32,000 nucleotides of DNA from the NCBI RefSeq assembly GCF_000621645.1, contig NZ_JHXR01000014.1, forward strand, positions 30,001 to 62,000, given 5' to 3'. The notes beneath the pieces were generated by a model that made no database searches, was not told the origin of the DNA, and worked only from the letters and a program-made list of their open reading frames with translations. The stretch comes from Vibrio cholerae ATCC 14035. Its GTDB lineage: Bacteria; Pseudomonadota; Gammaproteobacteria; Enterobacterales; Vibrionaceae. A program made the translations under genes and the position numbers. Shown in pieces: positions 18,330-28,217 of the stretch (its first letter is position 1; every line of letters starts with the position of its first letter).

Positions 18330-18707
18330 TATTTGACCCTCGTTAATAGTGTGGACAGTGTCAGTGTCGTGCCAATCTTCTCATCGTGAGAGTAGTGAGG
18401 AAGCTCCATGCCTCGAATGGTTTCTTGGTGAATTTGCCATGGGTTGAGTATGGCTAAACCATCAAGAAAAGAGGCCGCTCTATCGCTATTTTAGTCAAAC
18501 CTGCGATTTTCAGGGCACTCTGTTGATTCACTAATGACACTATAGCAATGGAAAATATGTGACGAAAGGCTCGGAATTTTGTTCGGTGAAGGTTAGCGAT
18601 TACGCAAACGTTTAATGTCGATCACGTTCAGTTTTTGCAAGGCAGACATTGATAGAAACGTTAACGCTTTTACCTTAACTCGAATGAGAGAAACGGATTG
18701 GCGCGCT

Positions 18708-18732
18708 AAAGAAAACCCACCTTGCGGTGGGT
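18708..18732 (-). terminator. Rho-independent terminator after yeeX
   Basis: On the minus strand the sequence reads ACCCACCGCAAGGTGGGT followed by TTTCTTT. It lies 10 nt after the yeeX stop. Confidence 0.7.
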
Positions 18733-18741
18733 CTGGAATCA

Positions 18742-19062
18742 TTAGGCTTTTTTGCCTTGAGTCATCTGCTTATCGTGCTCAGTTAAGTCTTTGATACGAC
18801 GGCTGATATCACGGCGCTCTTTAGAAATTTCCGCGCTCTTGATGATGTGGTCATCGACACGATCTTCGTAGTCAGACTTCATGTTTTTGATGATGCCGAG
18901 AATCTCTTCGTGGCTCATGTTTGGCTTGATGTAGTCAAGCAGGTTTACCAGCAGTTCAACACGCTTACGGTTATCACGTACTTTTTTCTCGTTATCATCG
19001 AGTTCGCGTTGAAGTTTATTTTTGCGACGAGCCAAGCTCACAATTTCAAATACGCTGTTCAT
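18742..19062 (-). CDS. yeeX: DUF496/UPF0265 protein YeeX
   Basis: 106 aa. [58 protein letters not shown] matches E. coli YeeX almost block-for-block from memory. Confidence 0.9.
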   Translation of the reverse strand: MNSVFEIVSLARRKNKLQRELDDNEKKVRDNRKRVELLVNLLDYIKPNMSHEEILGIIKNMKSDYEDRVDDHIIKSAEISKERRDISRRIKDLTEHDKQMTQGKKA

Positions 19063-19249
19063 AGGTTCCTTTTCCTACTTTTAATGCAACTGCGAAGATT
19101 AAAACACAACAATTCTTTTCATAACAGACTTAAGATCAATATGCGGCTTATCTTGACCAATAAATCGCCATTCAAAGCGCGAGCCAATTGTACATCAGAA
19201 ATAATGCGCTATATCATGTGCGCCATTCATGAAGACATGATGAGCAACC

Positions 19250-19447
19250 ATGCGTAATTCTGAGATTTTGGTTCCCACACCGCCGCTGCAAACTGAGCTT
19301 GATGCTGTCGCAATCAAACTGCGAGAGGCTTACATTAAAGAGCGTCAGCAGCTTGAGTTGACCGAAATTGAATTAAACCGCGCCAGAATCATTATGATTG
19401 ATGAGAATGGCAAAATGATTCGGTTACCTCTGTTAACTGAGCATTAA
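19250..19447 (+). CDS. Hypothetical small protein (65 aa)
   Basis: The only evidence is an intact ORF in an otherwise unassigned 426-nt gap, co-oriented with yceH and ending 41 nt before it. There is no convincing SD and no recognisable motif. Confidence 0.3.
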   Translation: MRNSEILVPTPPLQTELDAVAIKLREAYIKERQQLELTEIELNRARIIMIDENGKMIRLPLLTEH

Positions 19448-19488
19448 ATACCGACTGCGGGTTCGCCCGCCAGCAGAAGGACAGCACG

Positions 19489-20139
19489 ATGAATATTCAA
19501 CTCTCCCCACTCGAAGCCCGTGTAATTGGCTGTTTAATTGAAAAAGAAGTCACCACGCCCGATCACTATCCACTGACACTCAATAGCTTAACCACCGCTT
19601 GTAACCAAAAAAGCAATCGCGAACCGGTACTCAACTTGAGTGAAGCGGAAGTGCAAGACACGGTGGAAGGGTTAATCGCTCGTCGCCTTGTAAGCGATGA
19701 AAGCAGCTTTAATAGCCGTACCAGCAAATACCAACACCGCTTCTGTAATACAGAGTTTGGCGATCTCAAACTCAATCAACAAGAACTCGGACTCATCTGC
19801 TGCTTATTGCTGCGCGGTGCGCAAACCCCCGGAGAGCTGCGCACGCGAACCAATCGACTCTGTACATTTACCGATGTGAAAGAGACTGAAGCGGTACTTG
19901 AGCGCTTAGCGAATCGTGATTCAGGTGCGCTGGTGGTGAAATTGCCGCGTGAGCCGGGTAAGCGTGAGTCCCGCTACCATCATCTGTTTTGCGGTGAAGT
20001 GGATATGGCGGCTTTTGCCACGAGCTCAGACAATGAAGCGAACGCCTCTTCTCAATACGCTGAGCTAGAACAAGAAGTGGCAGCACTGCGTGAAGAAGTG
20101 GCCGAGTTGCGCGCACTGATTGAACGACATTTAGGCTAA
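19489..20139 (+). CDS. yceH: DUF480/UPF0502 protein YceH
   Basis: 216 aa. [20 protein letters not shown]...TACNQK.NREPV.NLSE.EV and [24 protein letters not shown] and REPGKRE.RY.HLF match E. coli YceH from memory. Confidence 0.9.
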   Translation: MNIQLSPLEARVIGCLIEKEVTTPDHYPLTLNSLTTACNQKSNREPVLNLSEAEVQDTVEGLIARRLVSDESSFNSRTSKYQHRFCNTEFGDLKLNQQELGLICCLLLRGAQTPGELRTRTNRLCTFTDVKETEAVLERLANRDSGALVVKLPREPGKRESRYHHLFCGEVDMAAFATSSDNEANASSQYAELEQEVAALREEVAELRALIERHLG

Positions 20140-20444
20140 TGGAAACCTTGGCTGAGTTGCCTTCACCTTGGTTTGTTTATTTGGTGCGTTGTGCAAATAA
20201 CGCACTCTATTGTGGCATCACTACCGATGTATCGCGCCGCTTTGCCCAACATCAAAAGGGCAGGGGTGCGAAAGCGCTGCGTGGCAAAGGTCCACTAGAA
20301 CTGGTGTGGTCATTGCCCGTTGCTGATGGCAAAAGTGCGGCATTGAAGCTCGAATACCGAATTAAAGCGCTCTCCAAATCCCAGAAAGAAGCGCTAGTGG
20401 CGGGGATGGCGCGAATTGATCAACTGGAGATTATTTTTCAGTGA
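20139..20444 (+). CDS. yhbQ: GIY-YIG nuclease superfamily protein (UPF0213, YhbQ-like)
   Basis: 101 aa. [28 protein letters not shown] is the GIY-YIG N-terminal motif region (xxVYxxR...LYxGxT...R...H). The start overlaps the yceH stop codon (TAATG). Confidence 0.85.
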   Translation: METLAELPSPWFVYLVRCANNALYCGITTDVSRRFAQHQKGRGAKALRGKGPLELVWSLPVADGKSAALKLEYRIKALSKSQKEALVAGMARIDQLEIIFQ

Positions 20445-20545
20445 ACGTGCCCAATTAGTGAGCCATGTCACTCTATTTTCTGGGAAAAAATCATTCATGT
20501 ATTAACCTTGTGTATGGGATAACCCAAAATGAGGTTGGTAACGGA

Positions 20546-21706
20546 ATGAATATTCAAACAAAAAGTACTTTAGCAGTGGTCATGGCAATGGCCTTCTCTT
20601 CTTCGGCATTGGCTTCTAATTTGTTGATGGATGCTCGCGGTGCCGGTATGGGTAACACGGGCGTTTCTACGGCGGATTATCTGCTGGCTCCCTACTACAA
20701 CCCAGCGCTGACGGCGGTGTATCGTAAAAATGACTCATTCGGTATTTTGCTACCCAGCATTGGGCTGCGAGCGGAAGACAAGGATGAATCACTCAAAACG
20801 ATAGATGATTTGCAAGATTCCATTGAACAGTTTGAGCGCGCAGGAGTCGGCGCGGCAACGCAGGAAAACGTAGATCAGCTTAATCGTTATCTCGATCAAT
20901 TGGCGGATGATAAACCCTTGGCCGTCACAGCAGGGATTGGTATTGCAGTCGCCCTACCTCTCGATGCAGTCTCCCTCAACTTTTTTACCCGCGGCTATGC
21001 AGAAGTGATTGCGAAAGCCAATGTGGCCGCGAAATCTGGCAACAGTGTCAATGAGGTGAAAACTCGCTATGAAAGTTCCGATGTCGATTTAACCGCGTTT
21101 GGTTATACCGAAGTGGGCTTGGCAGTAGGTAAACAAGTGGTACTTGGTGGGCAGACGGTTGCGCTGGGCGTAACACCGAAAGTGCAGCAACTGCGAACTT
21201 ATCAAGATAATGCATCGGTCAAATCTTTCGACCTTGATGACTATGATAAAAGCGAAGTGAAGGATAACGCCTTCAACTTAGATATGGGCGCAGTGTGGCT
21301 TATTGATCAATATCGCGTTGGTATCGTCGCCAAAGATCTGTTTGCGAAGGATATTCAAACCCAGAACCGAAACAACACTTACAAGCTAGATACCCAAATA
21401 GCGGTGTCAGGCAGTTATGTGAGTGATTTCTTTATCGCCGCGGTGGATCTTGATCTCACCAAACAGCGTCGCTTCAACGGTGACAACGATGATACCCAGT
21501 TTATGCGTTTCGGGGTGGAAGGGAATGCATGGGGTTGGGCGCAGCTCAGAGCCGGTTATGAAGTGGACTTACAAAACTCATTGGATAACTCGGTTTCTGT
21601 CGGTCTTGGCGTCAGCCCGTGGGATGTTGTTAGCTTAGATTTGGCTGGCTCTTACGCTGGCGATAACCAATTCGGGCTTTCGGCGAATCTTGCTTTTACT
21701 TTCTAA
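20546..21706 (+). CDS. Outer-membrane beta-barrel protein (TraF_2/PorV-like family)
   Basis: The ORF spans 20465..21706. Met at 20546 begins a signal peptide MNIQTKSTLAVVMAMAFSSSALA. The sequence has alternating amphipathic strands and a C-terminal aromatic signature ...ANLAFTF. The N-terminal GAGMGNTGVS motif is typical of proteins annotated as TraF-like OM proteins. Confidence 0.75.
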   Translation: MNIQTKSTLAVVMAMAFSSSALASNLLMDARGAGMGNTGVSTADYLLAPYYNPALTAVYRKNDSFGILLPSIGLRAEDKDESLKTIDDLQDSIEQFERAGVGAATQENVDQLNRYLDQLADDKPLAVTAGIGIAVALPLDAVSLNFFTRGYAEVIAKANVAAKSGNSVNEVKTRYESSDVDLTAFGYTEVGLAVGKQVVLGGQTVALGVTPKVQQLRTYQDNASVKSFDLDDYDKSEVKDNAFNLDMGAVWLIDQYRVGIVAKDLFAKDIQTQNRNNTYKLDTQIAVSGSYVSDFFIAAVDLDLTKQRRFNGDNDDTQFMRFGVEGNAWGWAQLRAGYEVDLQNSLDNSVSVGLGVSPWDVVSLDLAGSYAGDNQFGLSANLAFTF

Positions 21707-21734
21707 GTCAAACTTGCTGAATAAGTGAGCAGTC

Positions 21735-21767
21735 GCAGGTGTGAGAAACTATTTTTCCCACACCTGC
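21735..21767 (+). terminator. Hairpin after the OM barrel gene (weak terminator candidate)
   Basis: Stem GCAGGTGTG (21735-21743) pairs with CACACCTGC (21759-21767) around a 15-nt loop. No U tract follows. Confidence 0.3.
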
Positions 21768-21887
21768 ACTATGAATTACCTCAATCATGCTTAATAATCA
21801 GTGACAACGATTTCCCGATCTGGGCAAAAGAGTTCTTCTTGATTCAATGAGATGTCGGCGTTTGCCAGCGAATGTCATTCAAATTGA

Positions 21888-23012
<1,125 letters not shown>

Positions 23013-23029
23013 GGCAGAGGATTACGTGT

Positions 23030-25603
23030 TTGAACATTCGACCTAGCCAAATCAAGCATAAACAGCGCATCGCTTCATTTATCACCCATGCTGTCGTGGT
23101 GGTGATGGGCGTTCTGATCGTCAGTGTATTATTCCAAAGTTACCAGATCAGTAGCCGCTTGATGTCTCAAGAAAGGCAACGCACCTCAGTTCAAACCTCC
23201 AGCTTGATTCAAAGTTTGTTTGATTTTCGTCTTGCGGCACTGCGAATTCACCAGGACAGCACAGCCAAGAACGCCAGTTTAATCAACGCACTTGTCAGCC
23301 GAGATTCGAGTCGGCTGGATGAATTCTTTTCGAGTGTCGATGAACTTGAACTTTCTAATGCGCCAGATCTGCGTTTTATCTCCAGTCACGACAACATCTT
23401 GTGGGATGATGGCAACGCCTCTTTTTACGGCATTGCCCAGCAAGAGCTGAATAAGCTTATCCGCAGAGTGGCGATCAGTGGCAATTGGCACTTGGTTCAA
23501 ACGCCCAGCGAGGGAAAATCAGTCCATATTTTGATGCGTCGTTCATCACTGATTGAAGCGGGAACCGGGCAGGTTGTTGGGTATCTGTATGTAGGCATCG
23601 TACTCAATGATAACTTTGCGCTGTTGGAAAATATCCGCAGTGGCAGTAACTCAGAAAACCTAGTCCTTGCCGTCGATACTACGCCGCTGGTTTCTACCTT
23701 GAAAGGCAATGAACCTTATTCGCTGGACTATGTGGTGCACAGCGCCAAAGATGCTATGCGCGACAGCTTTATTGTTGGGCAAACCTTCTTAGAAGTGGAA
23801 AGTGTACCGACCTATCTGTGCGTCTACTCGATTCAGACCAACCAAAATGTGCTCACCCTGCGGGATAATTTCTATTTTTGGATGGCGTTTGCGCTGATCA
23901 GTATGATCGGTGTTTCCATCGCGTCACGCTGGTGGCTACAAAAACGCATTCAGCGTGAAATTGAAACCTTGATGAATTACACCCATAAATTGATGGATCT
24001 GGATACGAAAAGTGAGTTTATCGGTTCAAAAATTTATGAGTTCGACTATTTTGGGCGAACGTTGGAACAATCATTCCGTCGTCTCGCCAATAAAGAAAAG
24101 CAGTTTGAAGATCTGTTTAACTTTGCGCTCTCACCGACCATGCTTTGGAATACCTCTGGTCGGCTGATCCGCATGAACCCCTCAGCGCAAATCCAGTTTT
24201 TGCGCGAAGATGCGCAAAACCATTTCTTATTTGAGATTCTTGAACGCCAACTGTTGCCGACCATCACTAAGGCGGCACAGGGCGATAATCCGAGTGACGT
24301 CACAACCGAAGTGGATGGTCGTGTGTACCGCTGGAACCTTTCGCCGATCATGGTGGAAGGGCAGATCATTTCCATCATTACTCAGGGGCAAGATATCACC
24401 ACCATCGCGGAAGCGGAGAAACAAAGCCAAGCCGCAAGGCGCGAAGCGGAAGAGTCGGCACGGGTCAGAGCCGAGTTTTTGGCCAAAATGAGTCACGAAT
24501 TGCGCACGCCGCTCAATGGTGTGCTCGGTGTTTCCCAACTGCTAAAACGGACCCCACTCAATGATGAACAGCGCGAACACGTGGCTGTGTTATGCAGCAG
24601 TGGTGAACATTTGCTCGCGGTGCTGAATGACATCTTGGATTTTTCACGCTTAGAGCAGGGCAAATTCCGTATTCAAAAGAATGAGTTTCGCCTTAAAGAG
24701 TTGGTGTGCGCGATTGACCGCATTTATCGACCTTTATGTAATGAAAAAGGCTTGGAACTGGTGGTGAATTCCAATATCACCACCGCAGCGATTGTGCGCA
24801 GCGATCAGATCCGGATTAACCAAATCTTGTTCAATTTGCTCAATAACGCGATCAAGTTTACTCACCAAGGTTCGATACGTGTCGAATTGCAATTAATTGA
24901 AGGCGATCCGTTAGCTCAACTGGTGATTCAAGTCGTCGATACGGGGATTGGTATCCGCGAACAAGATTTAACGGTGATTTTTGAACCTTTCATGCAAGCT
25001 GAATCGACCACCACTCGAGAGTACGGCGGAAGTGGTTTAGGCTTAACGATTGTGCACAGCTTAGTGGAAATGCTCAGTGGTCAACTGCACGTCAGCTCCG
25101 AGTATGGCATTGGTACACGTTTTGAAATTCAGTTACCGATTGAGCTGGTAGAAAAACCGGATGCGCCGCAGCAGTTGTTACCAGCTCCTGATCCTCAACC
25201 GTTATTTGATAAAACTCTGCGTGTACTGTTGGTGGAGGATAACCACACCAATGCCTTTATTGCTCAAGCATTCTGTCGTAAATATGGCTTAGATGTGAGT
25301 TGGGTAACCGATGGACTACAGGCGATTGAAGAGCTCAAAATACATGACTACGACTTAGTGCTGATGGATAACCAGTTACCCTATTTGGATGGCGTTGAGA
25401 CCACGCGCACCATCAAAAAGGTGCTGCATCTTCCGGTGGTGGTGTATGCCTGTACTGCGGATGGCTTAGAAGAAACACGGCAAGCATTTTTCCATGCGGG
25501 CGCGGAATATGTGTTAGTGAAGCCACTGAAAGAGCAGACTTTGCATAAAGCGCTGGAGCATTTCAAACATCATCATGGCCAAAAAAACGCTGGCTTAAAT
25601 TGA
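23030..25603 (+). CDS. luxQ: AI-2 sensor hybrid histidine kinase/phosphatase LuxQ
   Basis: 857 aa. The start is TTG at 23030, with GAGG 9 nt upstream, 17 nt after luxP. A TM helix and a periplasmic tandem-PAS region are followed by the H-box FLAKMSHELRTPLNG, HATPase motifs (NLLNNAIKFT, DTGIGI, GGSGLGLTIV) and a receiver domain (LLVEDNHTNAF..., DLVLMDNQLP). The sequence is colinear with V. harveyi LuxQ from memory. Confidence 0.95.
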   Translation: MNIRPSQIKHKQRIASFITHAVVVVMGVLIVSVLFQSYQISSRLMSQERQRTSVQTSSLIQSLFDFRLAALRIHQDSTAKNASLINALVSRDSSRLDEFFSSVDELELSNAPDLRFISSHDNILWDDGNASFYGIAQQELNKLIRRVAISGNWHLVQTPSEGKSVHILMRRSSLIEAGTGQVVGYLYVGIVLNDNFALLENIRSGSNSENLVLAVDTTPLVSTLKGNEPYSLDYVVHSAKDAMRDSFIVGQTFLEVESVPTYLCVYSIQTNQNVLTLRDNFYFWMAFALISMIGVSIASRWWLQKRIQREIETLMNYTHKLMDLDTKSEFIGSKIYEFDYFGRTLEQSFRRLANKEKQFEDLFNFALSPTMLWNTSGRLIRMNPSAQIQFLREDAQNHFLFEILERQLLPTITKAAQGDNPSDVTTEVDGRVYRWNLSPIMVEGQIISIITQGQDITTIAEAEKQSQAARREAEESARVRAEFLAKMSHELRTPLNGVLGVSQLLKRTPLNDEQREHVAVLCSSGEHLLAVLNDILDFSRLEQGKFRIQKNEFRLKELVCAIDRIYRPLCNEKGLELVVNSNITTAAIVRSDQIRINQILFNLLNNAIKFTHQGSIRVELQLIEGDPLAQLVIQVVDTGIGIREQDLTVIFEPFMQAESTTTREYGGSGLGLTIVHSLVEMLSGQLHVSSEYGIGTRFEIQLPIELVEKPDAPQQLLPAPDPQPLFDKTLRVLLVEDNHTNAFIAQAFCRKYGLDVSWVTDGLQAIEELKIHDYDLVLMDNQLPYLDGVETTRTIKKVLHLPVVVYACTADGLEETRQAFFHAGAEYVLVKPLKEQTLHKALEHFKHHHGQKNAGLN

Positions 25604-26260
25604 GCCAGCGAGAAAAGCGTGTTCGAGAACCTGTTTTTTTAGCGTTTCCGTCAAAGTGATCGGTTGTTCAAACTGAATGCCGATCAAATGCCCATTCGAT
25701 TTACGCCGAATATTGACGATATGGCTTTTGAGCCGCTTCGGCAGAAAGGGGTCGAGTTCACTATTAATTCGCACTTTAGAGCCCATATGGAGCTCATTTT
25801 CACCACGAATAAACACCCCGCAACCTGAAATGGAAAAGTCGACTAACGTGCCGGCATAGTTTTTGTTGTCTTCACTCACTTCAGCCGGGATCGCCACTTT
25901 ATAACGTTCATGGCTACGAATCGCTTTGGTCGCAAAATGTTTGGGTGGTCGAATAAACAAAACACAGAAAGGCTTAGTGCTGGGCTGCAAAATGGAACTT
26001 TGAAACGCCAAAATATGCCCCAATTCAGTGTCGCACATACCGCGTAAGACGATCGCGACATTCTTGAGTTTACGCATCACCAAGGCTTGATGCGCCTTGA
26101 GCGGCAGATCCAGCACAATATATTGCTCAATTTTGTGGCCAATCAGGGTGGTGTGGAACGCATAAGTATCTTCAGGGCCGAAATGAATTTCAGCCGATAC
26201 CTTCATCCCCGGTTTTAAAAGCAACGCCAGTTTATTCAGATCTTCAGAACCGACAGCCAT
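25595..26260 (-). CDS. PilZ-domain c-di-GMP binding protein (YcgR-N-like + PilZ; PlzE-like)
   Basis: The ORF spans 25595..26305. I prefer Met at 26260 (MAVGSEDLNKL), with AAGAG upstream. The PilZ motifs RxxxR (RSHER) and D/NxSxxG (DFSISGCG) lie in RSHERYKV...GTLVDFSISGCGVFI. I recall a PilZ gene (plzE) next to luxQ in V. cholerae, but the symbol is unverified. Confidence 0.82.
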   Translation of the reverse strand: MAVGSEDLNKLALLLKPGMKVSAEIHFGPEDTYAFHTTLIGHKIEQYIVLDLPLKAHQALVMRKLKNVAIVLRGMCDTELGHILAFQSSILQPSTKPFCVLFIRPPKHFATKAIRSHERYKVAIPAEVSEDNKNYAGTLVDFSISGCGVFIRGENELHMGSKVRINSELDPFLPKRLKSHIVNIRRKSNGHLIGIQFEQPITLTETLKKQVLEHAFLAGSI

Positions 26261-26503
26261 GCAAAAAACTCTTAACTTGTTTTTATTATTGACAAAGTTA
26301 TACACCGTAACGCGGGGTATTGACTACTTGGATAGAAAGATTCTTGCACTAAGTTGACGAAAACCGCCCCTAGCATGGCCACGGCTATTCACAAACTTCA
26401 AAAATACCAGCGATATAGGATGAAGAGGTGCAGGCGGCACCTCTAAAGGTTGGTATAGCCTTGCTTAAACGGGAACGTTAAGCTGGGGGCTCAAACAGAA
26501 AGC

Positions 26504-27022
26504 TTAAAACTGGAAGCGAACGCCCATACCGACTTGTGGTCCCCACACACCCGCATTACGCGCTTCAGCACTTAGCGAAAGTTGATCGGTTGAGTGAAAA
26601 CGCACTCCAGCGATAAATACCGAATGGTCATCTAAACGGCCAAGTCTTAAATGTCCTTCCACCTGATTGGTGAGCCACGCACGAGCGCCAAGGTTGAATT
26701 CCAGTTGAGTATCTTTCTCGCCGCCCAATTCTTTAGGCATACGAATGTTGTGTACCAACATTTGCCCATACACATCGGCAAATTGATTAATCGGGCCATT
26801 AAAACCGATGCCGCCTGCGATATCCCAATCACTATCCAATTGAGAGTCAATACGAGCAATAAAGTGCGAGTTATCGGTAAAGTAGGTACTAAATTCCACA
26901 CCGCCAGATTCAGGGTTCATTGCGGTTCTGAACTCAAGAAAATTGTAGTTAAAGTTATTGGCAAGGGCAGGAGTGGCAAGAGTAAGGCCCAGCAGTAGGC
27001 TCAGGTGCGTTTTTTTCAGCAT
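26504..27022 (-). CDS. Small outer-membrane beta-barrel protein (8-strand OmpX/OmpA-barrel-like)
   Basis: The ORF spans 26504..27043. Met at 27022 gives the signal peptide MLKKTHLSLLLGLTLATPALA. The sequence has alternating strands and a C-terminal ...GMGVRFQF aromatic terminus. Confidence 0.78.
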   Translation of the reverse strand: MLKKTHLSLLLGLTLATPALANNFNYNFLEFRTAMNPESGGVEFSTYFTDNSHFIARIDSQLDSDWDIAGGIGFNGPINQFADVYGQMLVHNIRMPKELGGEKDTQLEFNLGARAWLTNQVEGHLRLGRLDDHSVFIAGVRFHSTDQLSLSAEARNAGVWGPQVGMGVRFQF

Positions 27023-27202
27023 AATGACGTTGTCCGCAAGCAATCAAATAGGTGGCAAAGATACCGTAACAAGAAGCAAATTACAGGCCATTTATTTCAA
27101 TACCTTGCTTTTTGAAGGCTTTTTCGTCAAAAAATTGAAGGAGAGAAAGGCGCACCAGCCAAAATATAAAAAGCGGTGCGAAATCGGGTAAGTGAACCTT
27201 GG

Positions 27203-27239
27203 AGAAAAAAGTACAGCGATGTCCGAAAACATCGCTGTA
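27203..27239 (-). terminator. Rho-independent terminator after the ygiW-like gene
   Basis: The minus strand reads TACAGCGATGT-TTTCGG-ACATCGCTGTA followed by CTTTTTTCT (plus-strand A run at 27205-27210). It lies 21 nt after the stop. Confidence 0.72.
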
Positions 27240-27259
27240 ATACAGGGTTTGCGCAGTGA

Positions 27260-27658
27260 TTACAGCAGCTCGATATGATCCACTTCAATCTCAGGCGTGC
27301 GGCCGTTTTCAAATTCCCCAAACAGGCGCACTTTGGTTTCTGGCGTGAGCGTTGCGTTCAGGTGAATATCATCATCCAGCTCTACCTGAATTTCGTTGCT
27401 GCCATCAGAGAACATAAAGGTGTCTTTGCGCAGTTGGCGAACCAAATTGCCTTCCACCACGACTTTCTTCTCCATAAATGGGTTGGATGAATCCAGCAGC
27501 GATTGCACCTTCACCACTTCTACAGGGCCTTGGAACTGAACACCTGCTTGAGTTTGGTTGTCGCCAATAAATTTAATGTGTTGCGCGTTATCCGCCGCGA
27601 TAACCAAAGTGGGTGCCAGAATCAGAGCAGAAGTCAGAGCGATAATAGTACGTTTCAT
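27260..27658 (-). CDS. ygiW: YgiW/YdeI-family periplasmic OB-fold (BOF) stress protein
   Basis: 132 aa with the signal peptide MKRTIIALTSALILAPTLVIA. The C-terminal VVVEGNLVRQLRKDTFMFSDGSNEIQVELDDD matches the characteristic 'V.L.G.I......D.Y.F.D..G.I.VEID' pattern of the BOF family. Confidence 0.85.
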   Translation of the reverse strand: MKRTIIALTSALILAPTLVIAADNAQHIKFIGDNQTQAGVQFQGPVEVVKVQSLLDSSNPFMEKKVVVEGNLVRQLRKDTFMFSDGSNEIQVELDDDIHLNATLTPETKVRLFGEFENGRTPEIEVDHIELL

Positions 27659-27859
27659 GGTTTTTCCTTTTTCATCAATGTGTCTCGAAGGAGACTGTTT
27701 GTTGTCTTGATGTGGCTATTAAACGCTATCGGATTTGAACCAATACTGAGGCGACGATTAATATTCGGTTCATTTTACGAGGTTTGATTCACGCAACACT
27801 GCCGGCCCAGTAGCAACCTATACTATGGAGAGAAATGTCATTGTCTGTGGGGTGGAAAG

Positions 27860-28165
27860 ATGCAAAATCGATTTAAGGTTCTGCTAGGCGTGATATTGCT
27901 TTTTCCGATGTTCGCGTTTGCCAAAATCAACATGGCGGAAGTGAATGCCTACGCTTACGAAGGATTGGCCGACATGTGCGCCAATTCTCGCCATATCACT
28001 GGTGAGCAGCAGAAAGAACTGCAAGCGATATATCTACAAATCAAACACACTCGCCAAAAAATCTTACCCGCCAATAACGATTTTGCTCACTACGCCGCCA
28101 AACAGTTATGGGATATTCACACCACTCCGCACTATGAAGAGTGCATTGCTCTCCTCAAAAAATAG
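27860..28165 (+). CDS. Hypothetical small secreted protein (101 aa)
   Basis: The signal-peptide-like N-terminus is MQNRFKVLLGVILLFPMFAFA. The mature part has two Cys and carries no motif I recognise. The gene is divergent from ygiW and is followed by a hairpin at 28198-28217. Confidence 0.55.
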   Translation: MQNRFKVLLGVILLFPMFAFAKINMAEVNAYAYEGLADMCANSRHITGEQQKELQAIYLQIKHTRQKILPANNDFAHYAAKQLWDIHTTPHYEECIALLKK

Positions 28166-28193
28166 TCACAACCAGCCCAACAAAGCCAAAACG

Positions 28194-28217
28194 AAAAAGC
28201 CGCCCCGAAGGGCGGCT
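28194..28217. terminator. GC-rich tetraloop hairpin at the left edge of the AT-rich islet; the U tract is on the minus strand only
   Basis: Stem AGCCGCCC (28198-28205) pairs with GGGCGGCT (28210-28217) around loop CGAA. On the plus strand it is preceded by AAAACGAAAAA, which reads TTTTTCGTTTT after the hairpin on the minus strand. Only GAAAGTG follows it on the plus strand. Confidence 0.6.

Noticed and set aside
18513-18526. Sigma54 promoter (GGGCAC-N-TTGA) or a Qrr-type sRNA in the 18.3-18.7 kb gap
   Set aside because: The GG-to-GC spacing is off by one and the -12 element is TTGA, not TTGC. I did not find the conserved Qrr core I remember (…CCUAGCCAACUGACG…) anywhere in the gap.
18601-18617. 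PurR/LacI-family operator (TACGCAAACGTTTAATG)
   Set aside because: The left half matches ACGCAAAC, but the right half does not (only the central AAACGTTT is palindromic). It also lies about 275 nt from the nearest start codon.
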